64,000 nucleotides of DNA from Thalia democratica (lineage: Eukaryota): contig OZ241832.1 of assembly GCA_965202585.1 (NCBI GenBank), positions 6,324,001-6,388,000 on the forward strand, in the 5' to 3' direction. Both the position numbers and the translations under genes were made by a program. Below, one piece after another: positions 50,501-64,000 of the stretch; the stretch's first letter is position 1, and each line of letters begins with the position of its first letter. The notes under the pieces are model-generated. The model saw nothing but the letters and a program-made list of their open reading frames with translations, did not search any database and had not been told where the DNA came from.

Positions 50501-53500
50501 AAGAACAATCTATTCAACAAATTAGTTAGTACTTAGGTCGGAGAGCAAGTGTAATCTTGAAACTAACTGTATTGTAAAATTAAGCAAGTATTTTTACCAA
50601 TAGGATGCAGCTTAATTTTAAGGCTTTTACCTACTTTAAACGGGTTGTGTGAACGGACTAATACTTTACAAAGAAGAATATACACAAAGATTGATCAACG
50701 GAATTTCGGAAGTGTGAAGTACAAGAAGTTATTTACTTAAAAAGATAGTTTATAAATATAACTTGCATGTATTTTACATAAGTAGCACAAACCTAAGAAA
50801 TTATTTAAAAAAAGAGACTACCTCATTATGACGCAACAATATGGTAAAGAAAAAAAAAATAAATTTAAGGATTTAATGTGGAAAAATAGCAGAAAAAGAA
50901 AAGTTCGTATAATTGATGCAAATGATTTTTTGAATTCCCTGCCTTTAAGTGGACAAATTAAGAACAAATTGTTTTATGTATGAATAATGAAATTAAAAAC
51001 AAGTCGCTCTTGTACGATTAATGCAAATGATTTATAAATTTACCTAATTAAGACGTAAATATTTTGCAGAAGTATTTAAAACAAATGGCTCATGAGTAAT
51101 TTTAATCTTTCATACAACTTAATAGTTAATAAAATTCTGTTATATGTTCTAGTTAAGTGAAATTTATATTCAGTCATGACTTAAAAGTACTAGCACATTA
51201 ACTCGTACATCCAAGTCATAACTCAAAAAGGTGCCGACCAGCAGAGTAACCGGGCCTAAAGGACAAGAATTAAAAAAAAACTAAGGGCAGGCCGGGGAGA
51301 TGACAGGTGCGGAGCACCGTGTCATCGACCGGCCGTAGCCCTTTGTTACAATAAGTTCACTTTGTGCATGTTTATTGTAATGTATAATGAATGTTAGCAC
51401 AACTGTGTTTGTATAGCTCATTAGTAAGAACAATCTATTCAACAAATTAGTTAGTACTTAGGTCGGAGAGCAAGTGTAATCTTGAAACTAACTGTATTGT
51501 AAAATTAAGCAAGTATTTTTACCAATAGGATGCAGCTTAATTTTAAGGCTTTTACCTACTTTAAACGGGTTGTGTGAACGGACTAATACTTTACAAAGAA
51601 GAATATACACAAAGATTGATCAACGGAATTTCGGAAGTGTGAAGTACAAGAAGTTATTTACTTAAAAAGATAGTTTATAAATATAACTTGCATGTATTTT
51701 ACATAAGTAGCACAAACCTAAGAAATTATTTAAAAAAAGAGACTACCTCATTATGACGCAACAATATGGTAAAGAAAAAAAAAATAAATTTAAGGATTTA
51801 ATGTGGAAAAATAGCAGAAAAAGAAAAGTTCGTATAATTGATGCAAATGATTTTTTGAATTCCCTGCCTTTAAGTGGACAAATTAAGAACAAATTGTTTT
51901 ATGTATGAATAATGAAATTAAAAACAAGTCGCTCTTGTACGATTAATGCAAATGATTTATAAATTTACCTAATTAAGACGTAAATATTTTGCAGAAGTAT
52001 TTAAAACAAATGGCTCATGAGTAATTTTAATCTTTCATACAACTTAATAGTTAATAAAATTCTGTTATATGTTCTAGTTAAGTGAAATTTATATTCAGTC
52101 ATGACTTAAAAGTACTAGCACATTAACTCGTACATCCAAGTCATAACTCAAAAAGGTGCCGACCAGCAGAGTAACCGGGCCTAAAGGACAAGAATTAAAA
52201 AAAAACTAAGGGCAGGCCGGGGAGATGACAGGTGCGGAGCACCGTGTCATCGACCGGCCGTAGCCCTTTGTTACAATAAGTTCACTTTGTGCATGTTTAT
52301 TGTAATGTATAATGAATGTTAGCACAACTGTGTTTGTATAGCTCATTAGTAAGAACAATCTATTCAACAAATTAGTTAGTACTTAGGTCGGAGAGCAAGT
52401 GTAATCTTGAAACTAACTGTATTGTAAAATTAAGCAAGTATTTTTACCAATAGGATGCAGCTTAATTTTAAGGCTTTTACCTACTTTAAACGGGTTGTGT
52501 GAACGGACTAATACTTTACAAAGAAGAATATACACAAAGATTGATCAACGGAATTTCGGAAGTGTGAAGTACAAGAAGTTATTTACTTAAAAAGATAGTT
52601 TATAAATATAACTTGCATGTATTTTACATAAGTAGCACAAACCTAAGAAATTATTTAAAAAAAGAGACTACCTCATTATGACGCAACAATATGGTAAAGA
52701 AAAAAAAAATAAATTTAAGGATTTAATGTGGAAAAATAGCAGAAAAAGAAAAGTTCGTATAATTGATGCAAATGATTTTTTGAATTCCCTGCCTTTAAGT
52801 GGACAAATTAAGAACAAATTGTTTTATGTATGAATAATGAAATTAAAAACAAGTCGCTCTTGTACGATTAATGCAAATGATTTATAAATTTACCTAATTA
52901 AGACGTAAATATTTTGCAGAAGTATTTAAAACAAATGGCTCATGAGTAATTTTAATCTTTCATACAACTTAATAGTTAATAAAATTCTGTTATATGTTCT
53001 AGTTAAGTGAAATTTATATTCAGTCATGACTTAAAAGTACTAGCACATTAACTCGTACATCCAAGTCATAACTCAAAAAGGTGCCGACCAGCAGAGTAAC
53101 CGGGCCTAAAGGACAAGAATTAAAAAAAAACTAAGGGCAGGCCGGGGAGATGACAGGTGCGGAGCACCGTGTCATCGACCGGCCGTAGCCCTTTGTTACA
53201 ATAAGTTCACTTTGTGCATGTTTATTGTAATGTATAATGAATGTTAGCACAACTGTGTTTGTATAGCTCATTAGTAAGAACAATCTATTCAACAAATTAG
53301 TTAGTACTTAGGTCGGAGAGCAAGTGTAATCTTGAAACTAACTGTATTGTAAAATTAAGCAAGTATTTTTACCAATAGGATGCAGCTTAATTTTAAGGCT
53401 TTTACCTACTTTAAACGGGTTGTGTGAACGGACTAATACTTTACAAAGAAGAATATACACAAAGATTGATCAACGGAATTTCGGAAGTGTGAAGTACAAG

Positions 53501-56500
53501 AAGTTATTTACTTAAAAAGATAGTTTATAAATATAACTTGCATGTATTTTACATAAGTAGCACAAACCTAAGAAATTATTTAAAAAAAGAGACTACCTCA
53601 TTATGACGCAACAATATGGTAAAGAAAAAAAAAATAAATTTAAGGATTTAATGTGGAAAAATAGCAGAAAAAGAAAAGTTCGTATAATTGATGCAAATGA
53701 TTTTTTGAATTCCCTGCCTTTAAGTGGACAAATTAAGAACAAATTGTTTTATGTATGAATAATGAAATTAAAAACAAGTCGCTCTTGTACGATTAATGCA
53801 AATGATTTATAAATTTACCTAATTAAGACGTAAATATTTTGCAGAAGTATTTAAAACAAATGGCTCATGAGTAATTTTAATCTTTCATACAACTTAATAG
53901 TTAATAAAATTCTGTTATATGTTCTAGTTAAGTGAAATTTATATTCAGTCATGACTTAAAAGTACTAGCACATTAACTCGTACATCCAAGTCATAACTCA
54001 AAAAGGTGCCGACCAGCAGAGTAACCGGGCCTAAAGGACAAGAATTAAAAAAAAACTAAGGGCAGGCCGGGGAGATGACAGGTGCGGAGCACCGTGTCAT
54101 CGACCGGCCGTAGCCCTTTGTTACAATAAGTTCACTTTGTGCATGTTTATTGTAATGTATAATGAATGTTAGCACAACTGTGTTTGTATAGCTCATTAGT
54201 AAGAACAATCTATTCAACAAATTAGTTAGTACTTAGGTCGGAGAGCAAGTGTAATCTTGAAACTAACTGTATTGTAAAATTAAGCAAGTATTTTTACCAA
54301 TAGGATGCAGCTTAATTTTAAGGCTTTTACCTACTTTAAACGGGTTGTGTGAACGGACTAATACTTTACAAAGAAGAATATACACAAAGATTGATCAACG
54401 GAATTTCGGAAGTGTGAAGTACAAGAAGTTATTTACTTAAAAAGATAGTTTATAAATATAACTTGCATGTATTTTACATAAGTAGCACAAACCTAAGAAA
54501 TTATTTAAAAAAAGAGACTACCTCATTATGACGCAACAATATGGTAAAGAAAAAAAAAATAAATTTAAGGATTTAATGTGGAAAAATAGCAGAAAAAGAA
54601 AAGTTCGTATAATTGATGCAAATGATTTTTTGAATTCCCTGCCTTTAAGTGGACAAATTAAGAACAAATTGTTTTATGTATGAATAATGAAATTAAAAAC
54701 AAGTCGCTCTTGTACGATTAATGCAAATGATTTATAAATTTACCTAATTAAGACGTAAATATTTTGCAGAAGTATTTAAAACAAATGGCTCATGAGTAAT
54801 TTTAATCTTTCATACAACTTAATAGTTAATAAAATTCTGTTATATGTTCTAGTTAAGTGAAATTTATATTCAGTCATGACTTAAAAGTACTAGCACATTA
54901 ACTCGTACATCCAAGTCATAACTCAAAAAGGTGCCGACCAGCAGAGTAACCGGGCCTAAAGGACAAGAATTAAAAAAAAACTAAGGGCAGGCCGGGGAGA
55001 TGACAGGTGCGGAGCACCGTGTCATCGACCGGCCGTAGCCCTTTGTTACAATAAGTTCACTTTGTGCATGTTTATTGTAATGTATAATGAATGTTAGCAC
55101 AACTGTGTTTGTATAGCTCATTAGTAAGAACAATCTATTCAACAAATTAGTTAGTACTTAGGTCGGAGAGCAAGTGTAATCTTGAAACTAACTGTATTGT
55201 AAAATTAAGCAAGTATTTTTACCAATAGGATGCAGCTTAATTTTAAGGCTTTTACCTACTTTAAACGGGTTGTGTGAACGGACTAATACTTTACAAAGAA
55301 GAATATACACAAAGATTGATCAACGGAATTTCGGAAGTGTGAAGTACAAGAAGTTATTTACTTAAAAAGATAGTTTATAAATATAACTTGCATGTATTTT
55401 ACATAAGTAGCACAAACCTAAGAAATTATTTAAAAAAAGAGACTACCTCATTATGACGCAACAATATGGTAAAGAAAAAAAAAATAAATTTAAGGATTTA
55501 ATGTGGAAAAATAGCAGAAAAAGAAAAGTTCGTATAATTGATGCAAATGATTTTTTGAATTCCCTGCCTTTAAGTGGACAAATTAAGAACAAATTGTTTT
55601 ATGTATGAATAATGAAATTAAAAACAAGTCGCTCTTGTACGATTAATGCAAATGATTTATAAATTTACCTAATTAAGACGTAAATATTTTGCAGAAGTAT
55701 TTAAAACAAATGGCTCATGAGTAATTTTAATCTTTCATACAACTTAATAGTTAATAAAATTCTGTTATATGTTCTAGTTAAGTGAAATTTATATTCAGTC
55801 ATGACTTAAAAGTACTAGCACATTAACTCGTACATCCAAGTCATAACTCAAAAAGGTGCCGACCAGCAGAGTAACCGGGCCTAAAGGACAAGAATTAAAA
55901 AAAAACTAAGGGCAGGCCGGGGAGATGACAGGTGCGGAGCACCGTGTCATCGACCGGCCGTAGCCCTTTGTTACAATAAGTTCACTTTGTGCATGTTTAT
56001 TGTAATGTATAATGAATGTTAGCACAACTGTGTTTGTATAGCTCATTAGTAAGAACAATCTATTCAACAAATTAGTTAGTACTTAGGTCGGAGAGCAAGT
56101 GTAATCTTGAAACTAACTGTATTGTAAAATTAAGCAAGTATTTTTACCAATAGGATGCAGCTTAATTTTAAGGCTTTTACCTACTTTAAACGGGTTGTGT
56201 GAACGGACTAATACTTTACAAAGAAGAATATACACAAAGATTGATCAACGGAATTTCGGAAGTGTGAAGTACAAGAAGTTATTTACTTAAAAAGATAGTT
56301 TATAAATATAACTTGCATGTATTTTACATAAGTAGCACAAACCTAAGAAATTATTTAAAAAAAGAGACTACCTCATTATGACGCAACAATATGGTAAAGA
56401 AAAAAAAAATAAATTTAAGGATTTAATGTGGAAAAATAGCAGAAAAAGAAAAGTTCGTATAATTGATGCAAATGATTTTTTGAATTCCCTGCCTTTAAGT

Positions 56501-57822
56501 GGACAAATTAAGAACAAATTGTTTTATGTATGAATAATGAAATTAAAAACAAGTCGCTCTTGTACGATTAATGCAAATGATTTATAAATTTACCTAATTA
56601 AGACGTAAATATTTTGCAGAAGTATTTAAAACAAATGGCTCATGAGTAATTTTAATCTTTCATACAACTTAATAGTTAATAAAATTCTGTTATATGTTCT
56701 AGTTAAGTGAAATTTATATTCAGTCATGACTTAAAAGTACTAGCACATTAACTCGTACATCCAAGTCATAACTCAAAAAGGTGCCGACCAGCAGAGTAAC
56801 CGGGCCTAAAGGACAAGAATTAAAAAAAAACTAAGGGCAGGCCGGGGAGATGACAGGTGCGGAGCACCGTGTCATCGACCGGCCGTAGCCCTTTGTTACA
56901 ATAAGTTCACTTTGTGCATGTTTATTGTAATGTATAATGAATGTTAGCACAACTGTGTTTGTATAGCTCATTAGTAAGAACAATCTATTCAACAAATTAG
57001 TTAGTACTTAGGTCGGAGAGCAAGTGTAATCTTGAAACTAACTGTATTGTAAAATTAAGCAAGTATTTTTACCAATAGGATGCAGCTTAATTTTAAGGCT
57101 TTTACCTACTTTAAACGGGTTGTGTGAACGGACTAATACTTTACAAAGAAGAATATACACAAAGATTGATCAACGGAATTTCGGAAGTGTGAAGTACAAG
57201 AAGTTATTTACTTAAAAAGATAGTTTATAAATATAACTTGCATGTATTTTACATAAGTAGCACAAACCTAAGAAATTATTTAAAAAAAGAGACTACCTCA
57301 TTATGACGCAACAATATGGTAAAGAAAAAAAAAATAAATTTAAGGATTTAATGTGGAAAAATAGCAGAAAAAGAAAAGTTCGTATAATTGATGCAAATGA
57401 TTTTTTGAATTCCCTGCCTTTAAGTGGACAAATTAAGAACAAATTGTTTTATGTATGAATAATGAAATTAAAAACAAGTCGCTCTTGTACGATTAATGCA
57501 AATGATTTATAAATTTACCTAATTAAGACGTAAATATTTTGCAGAAGTATTTAAAACAAATGGCTCATGAGTAATTTTAATCTTTCATACAACTTAATAG
57601 TTAATAAAATTCTGTTATATGTTCTAGTTAAGTGAAATTTATATTCAGTCATGACTTAAAAGTACTAGCACATTAACTCGTACATCCAAGTCATAACTCA
57701 AAAAGGTGCCGACCAGCAGAGTAACCGGGCCTAAAGGACAAGAATTAAAAAAAAACTAAGGGCAGGCCGGGGAGATGACAGGTGCGGAGCACCGTGTCAT
57801 CGACCGGCCGTAGCCCTTTGTT
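41540..57822. repeat. 925-bp tandem array, part 2 (partial unit plus 17 units; 18 hairpin copies)
   Basis: GGTGC at 42052 vs 57781 is 17x925+4. Single-base homopolymer indels seen only between about 41670 and 46375. The last unit continues into the full-length repeat. Confidence 0.99.
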
Positions 57823-57840
57823 TTTTTTTAATTCTTGTCC
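57736..57840. other. Complete palindrome H2 in copy 2 (GCGGAGC apex)
   Basis: The only array-type copy that keeps the T9-AATTCTTGTCC right arm. Confidence 0.95.
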
Positions 57841-58251
57841 GCTACCTAAAACTTACTTTTCAAACTCATCAATGTAAAACCACTCAGTTATTAATTGAAA
57901 AACTAAAACTGATATTACCGTCAGGCCTTTAATGGTTAAACACTAATAAGTTAGATCATATAAGCCCAAGGTTGTTTAAAAGATAACAGATAAAGACCGT
58001 ACAAATATAACGCAAAAACGTATACTTGTTTGGCAGTTACGCTACTCACGGTCCATTTGACAGAAAAAGGTGGCCTCCAAAAAAAAAGGCCGCGAAGAAA
58101 AAGAGAGAAGGAAAAAGTGAAAATTTTTTCGCCGGCGGAGCCGGCGAAATGCCTTAAAAAATTATTTTAAATAATCTACATCAAAAATTTCACACCCATT
58201 TTCACATTAGGGGAATCCCCAATTTGAAAAAAATATGGGTGACAGGGCTTT

Positions 58252-58447
58252 GAAATTTAGTGCGCACCTTACGCGGATGCGTACTTCTTAAAAACAACCT
58301 ATCATTATAGCAGAGAATGTGTAATTAAAAATTTAGTGCGTACCTTACGCGGATGCGTACTTCTTAAAAATTATCTTTACTTGTAACAGGGAATGTATAT
58401 TAAAAAACATTTAGTGCGTACTTTATGCGGGTGCGTACCTTATGCGC
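58252..58447. repeat. About 75-bp tandem repeat with RTGCGYAC motifs, copy 2
   Basis: Same organisation as 1021-1215. The motifs are conserved while the spacers differ. Confidence 0.9.
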
Positions 58448-61400
58448 TTAATATGGTTTAGAGCCTAAATTAAATGAAATTGGTTCAGCCATCAACCTCG
58501 TTAGTCACCTATTGTTTTACATATACATAGAAAACAGTTCATAGATCTAACTGATGTACTTGTTGAAAAATCAGAAAATGAACCAAATAAAAAGATTACT
58601 ATCAAAAACAGATTCTCTAAATGTTATATATGATTGATCTGCATTCTATGTATATTAAAACAATAGTCACTTAACTTGCTCATGTAAATTAACTTTTTTT
58701 GGTAACCTTTTCAAAACAGTATAAACTTGAATTTTTCAAAAATAAATTAACACTTGAGATGTTAAAATTGTTTTGATTTATATATTTTTGTCAAAGATTA
58801 TATTTAAATTGTCACACAGTGTTTATAGCTTTATTTAAATTCAATTTTATACTGTTCCTACTACAAGATAAAATTCTACTGTATTTTACATAATAACTTG
58901 ACTAATTAACAAACAATTTTCTCTTTTTATCTACTAAAAACATATGCTTTTTATGCACTGTTACTAGAACTACTCACTGGTGTATTTTATTAACTTTATA
59001 TTTTTACTAATAAACTTTAAATTAGACTGTCTAGTGCATTAATCATTGAATTCAGACAGCTTATTAAGTTTACATATAAATTTTCTATATTGTTACATAC
59101 TATAATATTATAATATATACATAATATAGGTGTTTACTATATTGAATTCATCAATACATTGTTACAAACTAAAACAATTAAACCATACTACTCTATGTGA
59201 CTGATTTTCCTCTTATTCATTTCAAACTTTTTCAACTACTTGCATCTTAAATACTCTGCAGATAACATCATTTAAAACTTTTATGTCTGAATTAACCAGA
59301 TATAACAAATAACTTTTATACTATTCCCAAAATTTAGTCTTAACACAGGTACATTGAGTTTTTAACCATATTTAGTGTTGTTTCATTAGCATTAAACCTT
59401 TTAATCTTTTAACAAATGATTTATCTTTGACACATACATAGAAAACAGTACAGCAAGTTTTTGATAAAAGCTTGTTAGCGCACTCATATGAACAAAAGAA
59501 ATTGTTGATAGATAAAAGACTAGAAAGAAGTTAGTGATAGAAGAACAGAAAAATTTTAAACAAATGTGAACTTCATACACATATGCACTAACAACCTTTA
59601 AATTTTGCTTGCTGTGAACTGCTTTGTAAATGTGTGAATGCAAACTTAAAATTTAAAACATTTTTTCCATTTTTTTTACTAAAAAACCTATTCCTGATAT
59701 GGTTTAATTGGTTTCTTTTGTAAACATTTCAATAAAACAGTTAGCTTTTGAAACTTGTAGAGAAGTACTACAATTTTGTTTTAAAATCGCTATTGCTACT
59801 TATCTTACATGCACATTTTAAAATGTACTTCTTATTGCAATTGATTAATCTAAAAATTTGTAAACTACATTAATACAATCTGAGTTTAAATTCTATGCTG
59901 TAAATAAACTTCTACACTTAGCTTGCTGTCTATATGGGCTTCATTCATGAATAAAATACATATGTATACAATCTTATAAAATTAAACACAAGTGTTGCTA
60001 CTTATTAATGATCTTATTCACATTTGAGTCTAATTTAAGTTTACTGTTAAGGTAGCCTATTAATTTTAGGAGAATGAAGCCCAAGTACAATGATATGTTT
60101 ATGATATTTAACATTTGGTCGTTATAAACCAAGGTTACCAATCTTTGAATAGAAAATGCTTGTCTGAATTATTTGTGTAAAATTTACAAAAAAAAAGTGA
60201 TAAAATATAAAAGCTTAACAAGTTTAAAGTTATTCAGGCCTGAGTACTCAAAGATTTACAATGCTAACAAAGGGTCTCAATTAACAAACAAAAATTTAAT
60301 GACAACAAAGGGTTTAAAGTTTACTTATTTTTACTACTGATACCTAACTAGTCTGATTGGTAACCCTGGCGAAAACAATTTGTTAATTCTAGAAGTATTT
60401 TATCTAATACATCAAACTAACCTCAACAACTGCTACTGTAGTAGGTACTCCCCATCCAATTGGAACCATGTTCAAAATCCATTTATAAAACTTAACATGA
60501 AGGAAAAAATCAAAGTTACAACTTATAAAGATACAACCTTTGAAACAAACTGAGAAGTTTTAAAATTTTGAAAAGGCTTAGAGAACTTTTTTTTGCTCAG
60601 CTTACTTTACAATGATGTTTCAATCTTAACTTTTGGCAAAAATTATACAGATTGCAAGAGATGCTAGTTTTTAAAGCCTCTTGGTTTCATTCTAGCATCA
60701 TGTAAGTGCATTCAGACTAATTGACTCTCTGAGCATGTCATGCTAGTTTGTAGTAAAAATTTTAGACTAAAGATTGATTTTGTGACTAAGATTGTTTCAT
60801 TCATATGCTTAATGAAAATTAAGAATATAAAATTAAGAGCTTTGTCAAAGGTTTTGCAAAAGATAAATAAAGTTTAATATCAACAAATACTTCAAAGACT
60901 GTTGATTCTTAACTAGATCAACACACTTCTTAAACTTAATCAGAAAGTATAAAGAAATTAATGTTTTAGAAGATAAAATGTAAAACCATCAATTATAAGA
61001 TTTGTATTAAACAATATTGACAGTTAATAGATGAAGTACTTTGTTTAGTGTGCTCAAACTGCACATTGAAAGAAAGAAAGAAAAATTAAGTCCAGAGCCT
61101 AGAGCTCCTTCTTCTACAACTACTTTTAGCAAATGAGTTTGCCCAGGCAAAAATTTTTTTTACAAAATGCTATCTTGTTGTGATGTCACATTAAAATGTA
61201 AGATTTTCCAGAATTCTTAAAAAACTACAAATCGAAACACTATCTGAGCATAGCAGAGCGATTTTTGACTTTTTCGAACACAAAGTATAATTTATTTGAC
61301 GTAGTGCTAAACATTACTTTTTTTTATCATTTGTAAAAGCTAAAATTACTTGTTTACATTGTTTAAACCTTATTTTAGTTTGACGATTCTTTTATTTATT

Positions 61401-64000
61401 CTTTTTATAGTTTTTTTTTTCTTAAGTTTTTGTTTTTTTACTGTATAAGTGATGCTTGGTTAAACGTATTAGTTAAAATTGAAGTTAAAAAAATCATAAT
61501 GCTCATGTAAACTACAATCGACAACATTTAAATAGTATATAAAACAAGTATTAAACTCTAAATTACACAAAACTGCTTTTAATTTATTTTAAAATTGTTT
61601 ATCACTTAATAATTTGTTAAAGATGAATTATGTGTATTTTAGAAACCTTAATACATCAGTTTAAAGCACTACATTTAAAGCTTTGGAAACTCATTTTAGT
61701 TATAATTTAGTTTAAAACGTTTTGCCATGTTTGCCAAAACTACAGAGTTTTTGTAGTCATTGATATACATCAACTTGTTCAACTTTAAATTTGAAGCAAA
61801 TAGATAAAAAACCATATTGTGTATAGAGATAGTATAAGCCTAACATAGACACTGTAATAATAACATTTATGAATGACTGAAAAAAAACTTGGCTTTTTTT
61901 GATTATAGCAAAAAAATCCATATGTCACAGCATAAAAAAAAACAGTTTAATAATCTTTGATTCACTGTTTGTTCACTGTTTTGAACCTTACATGTTAAAC
62001 AAAAGCTGATCATGCCACTTCAATGTTTAATGTTTTTTTTACTATGAAATATAAAGAAATCCTTACTTAAATAATACCTTCATTGTATTAAGATGTTTTA
62101 ATTATTTTCAAATAAACAAGCAATAGGTAAGATGTCAAGTGTATTCACTGACTTGATTTCTTTTTTGTCTTAAGTACTAATTTATTACACTAGCATTAAA
62201 TGTAATACTGTTTTTTTTTAATTTACTAAATAAATAATGACACATAAATCATTGATAAGTTCCTGAAACAACTTAAACTAATGATCTCAACATACAAGTT
62301 TGTTTTTTTACATTTGAAAACAGTATAGTCTTAAGTTAAAAATATATTGTTACAATGAAAATATGATCAACTGTTGTTATAATTGAACAATGAGTTTCAA
62401 GCAGTTTTAAGCCACAAGGAAGATGGTAGCAAAACTGATCAGTTTAAATTTTCCTCAAGTAAGTTAAATGTTTTATTTAACTAATACATTAATAATTACT
62501 AAACAAGTATTTTCAATAGACTGCTGTAAAATATTCTCATGTAGCTAGAACAAGTTATATCTTAAAACTTTTCTATACTTGGAAAGTTTTAATTGTGATT
62601 TTTTTTGATAACTTCCAACAATAAACTAAAGTAGTAGTTGAAAAATTTGCAAAATTTAATTTTTCAAATGTTTTTATATCAAATAATGTGTTCTAAAACA
62701 GGTGTACAGTCTTGCAGATTGAACAAGCAAAAGAAAAACAAAACTTACCAAACAAAGCTATGAAAAAGAACAGCTGATCAATATCATTTAGTTTCAATGA
62801 AATTCTTATCCCAAAATAACCCTTGCAATGGTTAGTTTCAAGCATAAACCTAATAAATTTGAAAGCTCTAAATAAAAAAGATTTAATAAAAATTCTTTTC
62901 AATGTCTTAATAGTATAACTTGAAAGTTTACTTAAAAGTTATTTCACAGAACATTACATTAACTTATAACTACTAAAAGTTCCTTTGAAAATGACTGTAT
63001 CTCACAAACTAGTAAATGTAAATTTTTAAATAATATTGATTTGGTATAAAACACATCACTGCAAATAAAATTTTATCTTTAGACAGTACTCTTAGAAATT
63101 TTTTTAATTTGAATAAATTTAAACTTTATACAAAGGTTATATTAGTTTCTATAAAATTTAGTATACAACTACAACCTAATCTAGTTCAACAAAAAAAAAT
63201 GCCTTAATTTTTTCTATATTTGTTGGTTATAACTAAAATTAATTGAGTTTAAATAGTGAAACTGATTCTTTTACAAATGACAGCTTTAAATAAACTCTTT
63301 CAAAACTAGACTAGTTTTGTAATTTTATGTTAGATGTTTTTTGCTAGTTCCTAAATGCATTTAACTATTTAATATTTTGTCTGTTAATTTACATTGAAAT
63401 AGACTTGATTTTTATGCAAACCTCTTTTGCACAGTATTCAAGAAACTTAACTCAGATTTAGACTAATTTGTAACATACATGACTTCTACAACTATGAAAT
63501 AATCAAAAGTAAAGTAAAATTGTTGTAAGTATATTCAAACAGGTATTTTGTACAATATCAAATGTTTAATGAAAATAAATCATAATTTATTTTAAGCAGT
63601 GTGGGTAATTTTTGTTGTTTGTACTATATATTAAAAAACATTTAAACCCTACTTTTATATGCTACTCTTGTAAAAAATAAAAGTCTGGCCATCTGATAAA
63701 AAATGTGCTAAAAGATATTTACAATAAAAACTTAACAATTTCTGAAAGAATCCTGCAATTATTCTAAAGTTAGTTTTTGAAATACACACTTAAAGATTGT
63801 TGTTTAAAGTAAATACGAAAATGCTTACTACTTTAGGAACTTTTATAACTTCATGTGTATTTTTCTTAACTTTCATGTAAATAAAAACAAAATAAAATTC
63901 TTAATCTAGCAAATTTTCAGGCAACACAAATCAAGTGTGAAAGTGAATTTGAGTGGGCATGGGGAAATGCAGTCCAAGATGTTCTGTGAACGACCATGCA

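Larger units (their letters stand above)
57201..64000. repeat. Large dispersed repeat / segmental duplication, copy 2 (runs off the window)
   Basis: Colinear with 38-6764; its head is the last array unit. Confidence 0.95.

Noticed and set aside
24987-57822. CRISPR-like array
   Set aside because: The intervening sequences are identical rather than unique spacers, the unit is 925 bp, the context is eukaryotic, and there are no cas genes.

Overview
Very AT-rich eukaryotic (animal) genomic DNA. The style of the BACK-Kelch proteins suggests a cnidarian such as Hydra, but that is inference only. No intact long gene, rRNA, tRNA, snRNA or CRISPR array is visible. Layout: (1) 38 to at least 6764 is one copy of a large repeat whose second, roughly 90% identical copy runs from 57201 to the window end. 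Its head carries a GC-rich module: several hairpins, including a 104-nt near-perfect palindrome closed by a GC-GNA-GC triloop, followed by about 75-bp iteron-like tandem repeats. (2) About 9.0-15.4 kb is a cluster of Kelch-like (BACK + Kelch) paralogs and fragments, all disabled as assembled. (3) 8.5-23.2 kb contains several copies of a small MITE family (CAGGGTTGCCA ends) and two old local duplications. (4) From 24.4 to 57.8 kb lies an almost perfectly homogeneous 925-bp tandem array, 18 hairpin copies on each side of a 200-N gap. Each unit is about 350 bp of flank plus the repeat head, cut off inside the right arm of the palindrome, and the pre-gap contig ends exactly at the hairpin apex. 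The most interesting signal is this palindrome-anchored amplification, which is consistent with, but does not prove, a rolling-circle/HUH-type (Helitron/Helentron-like) or cruciform-breakage mechanism. All alignments were done by eye.
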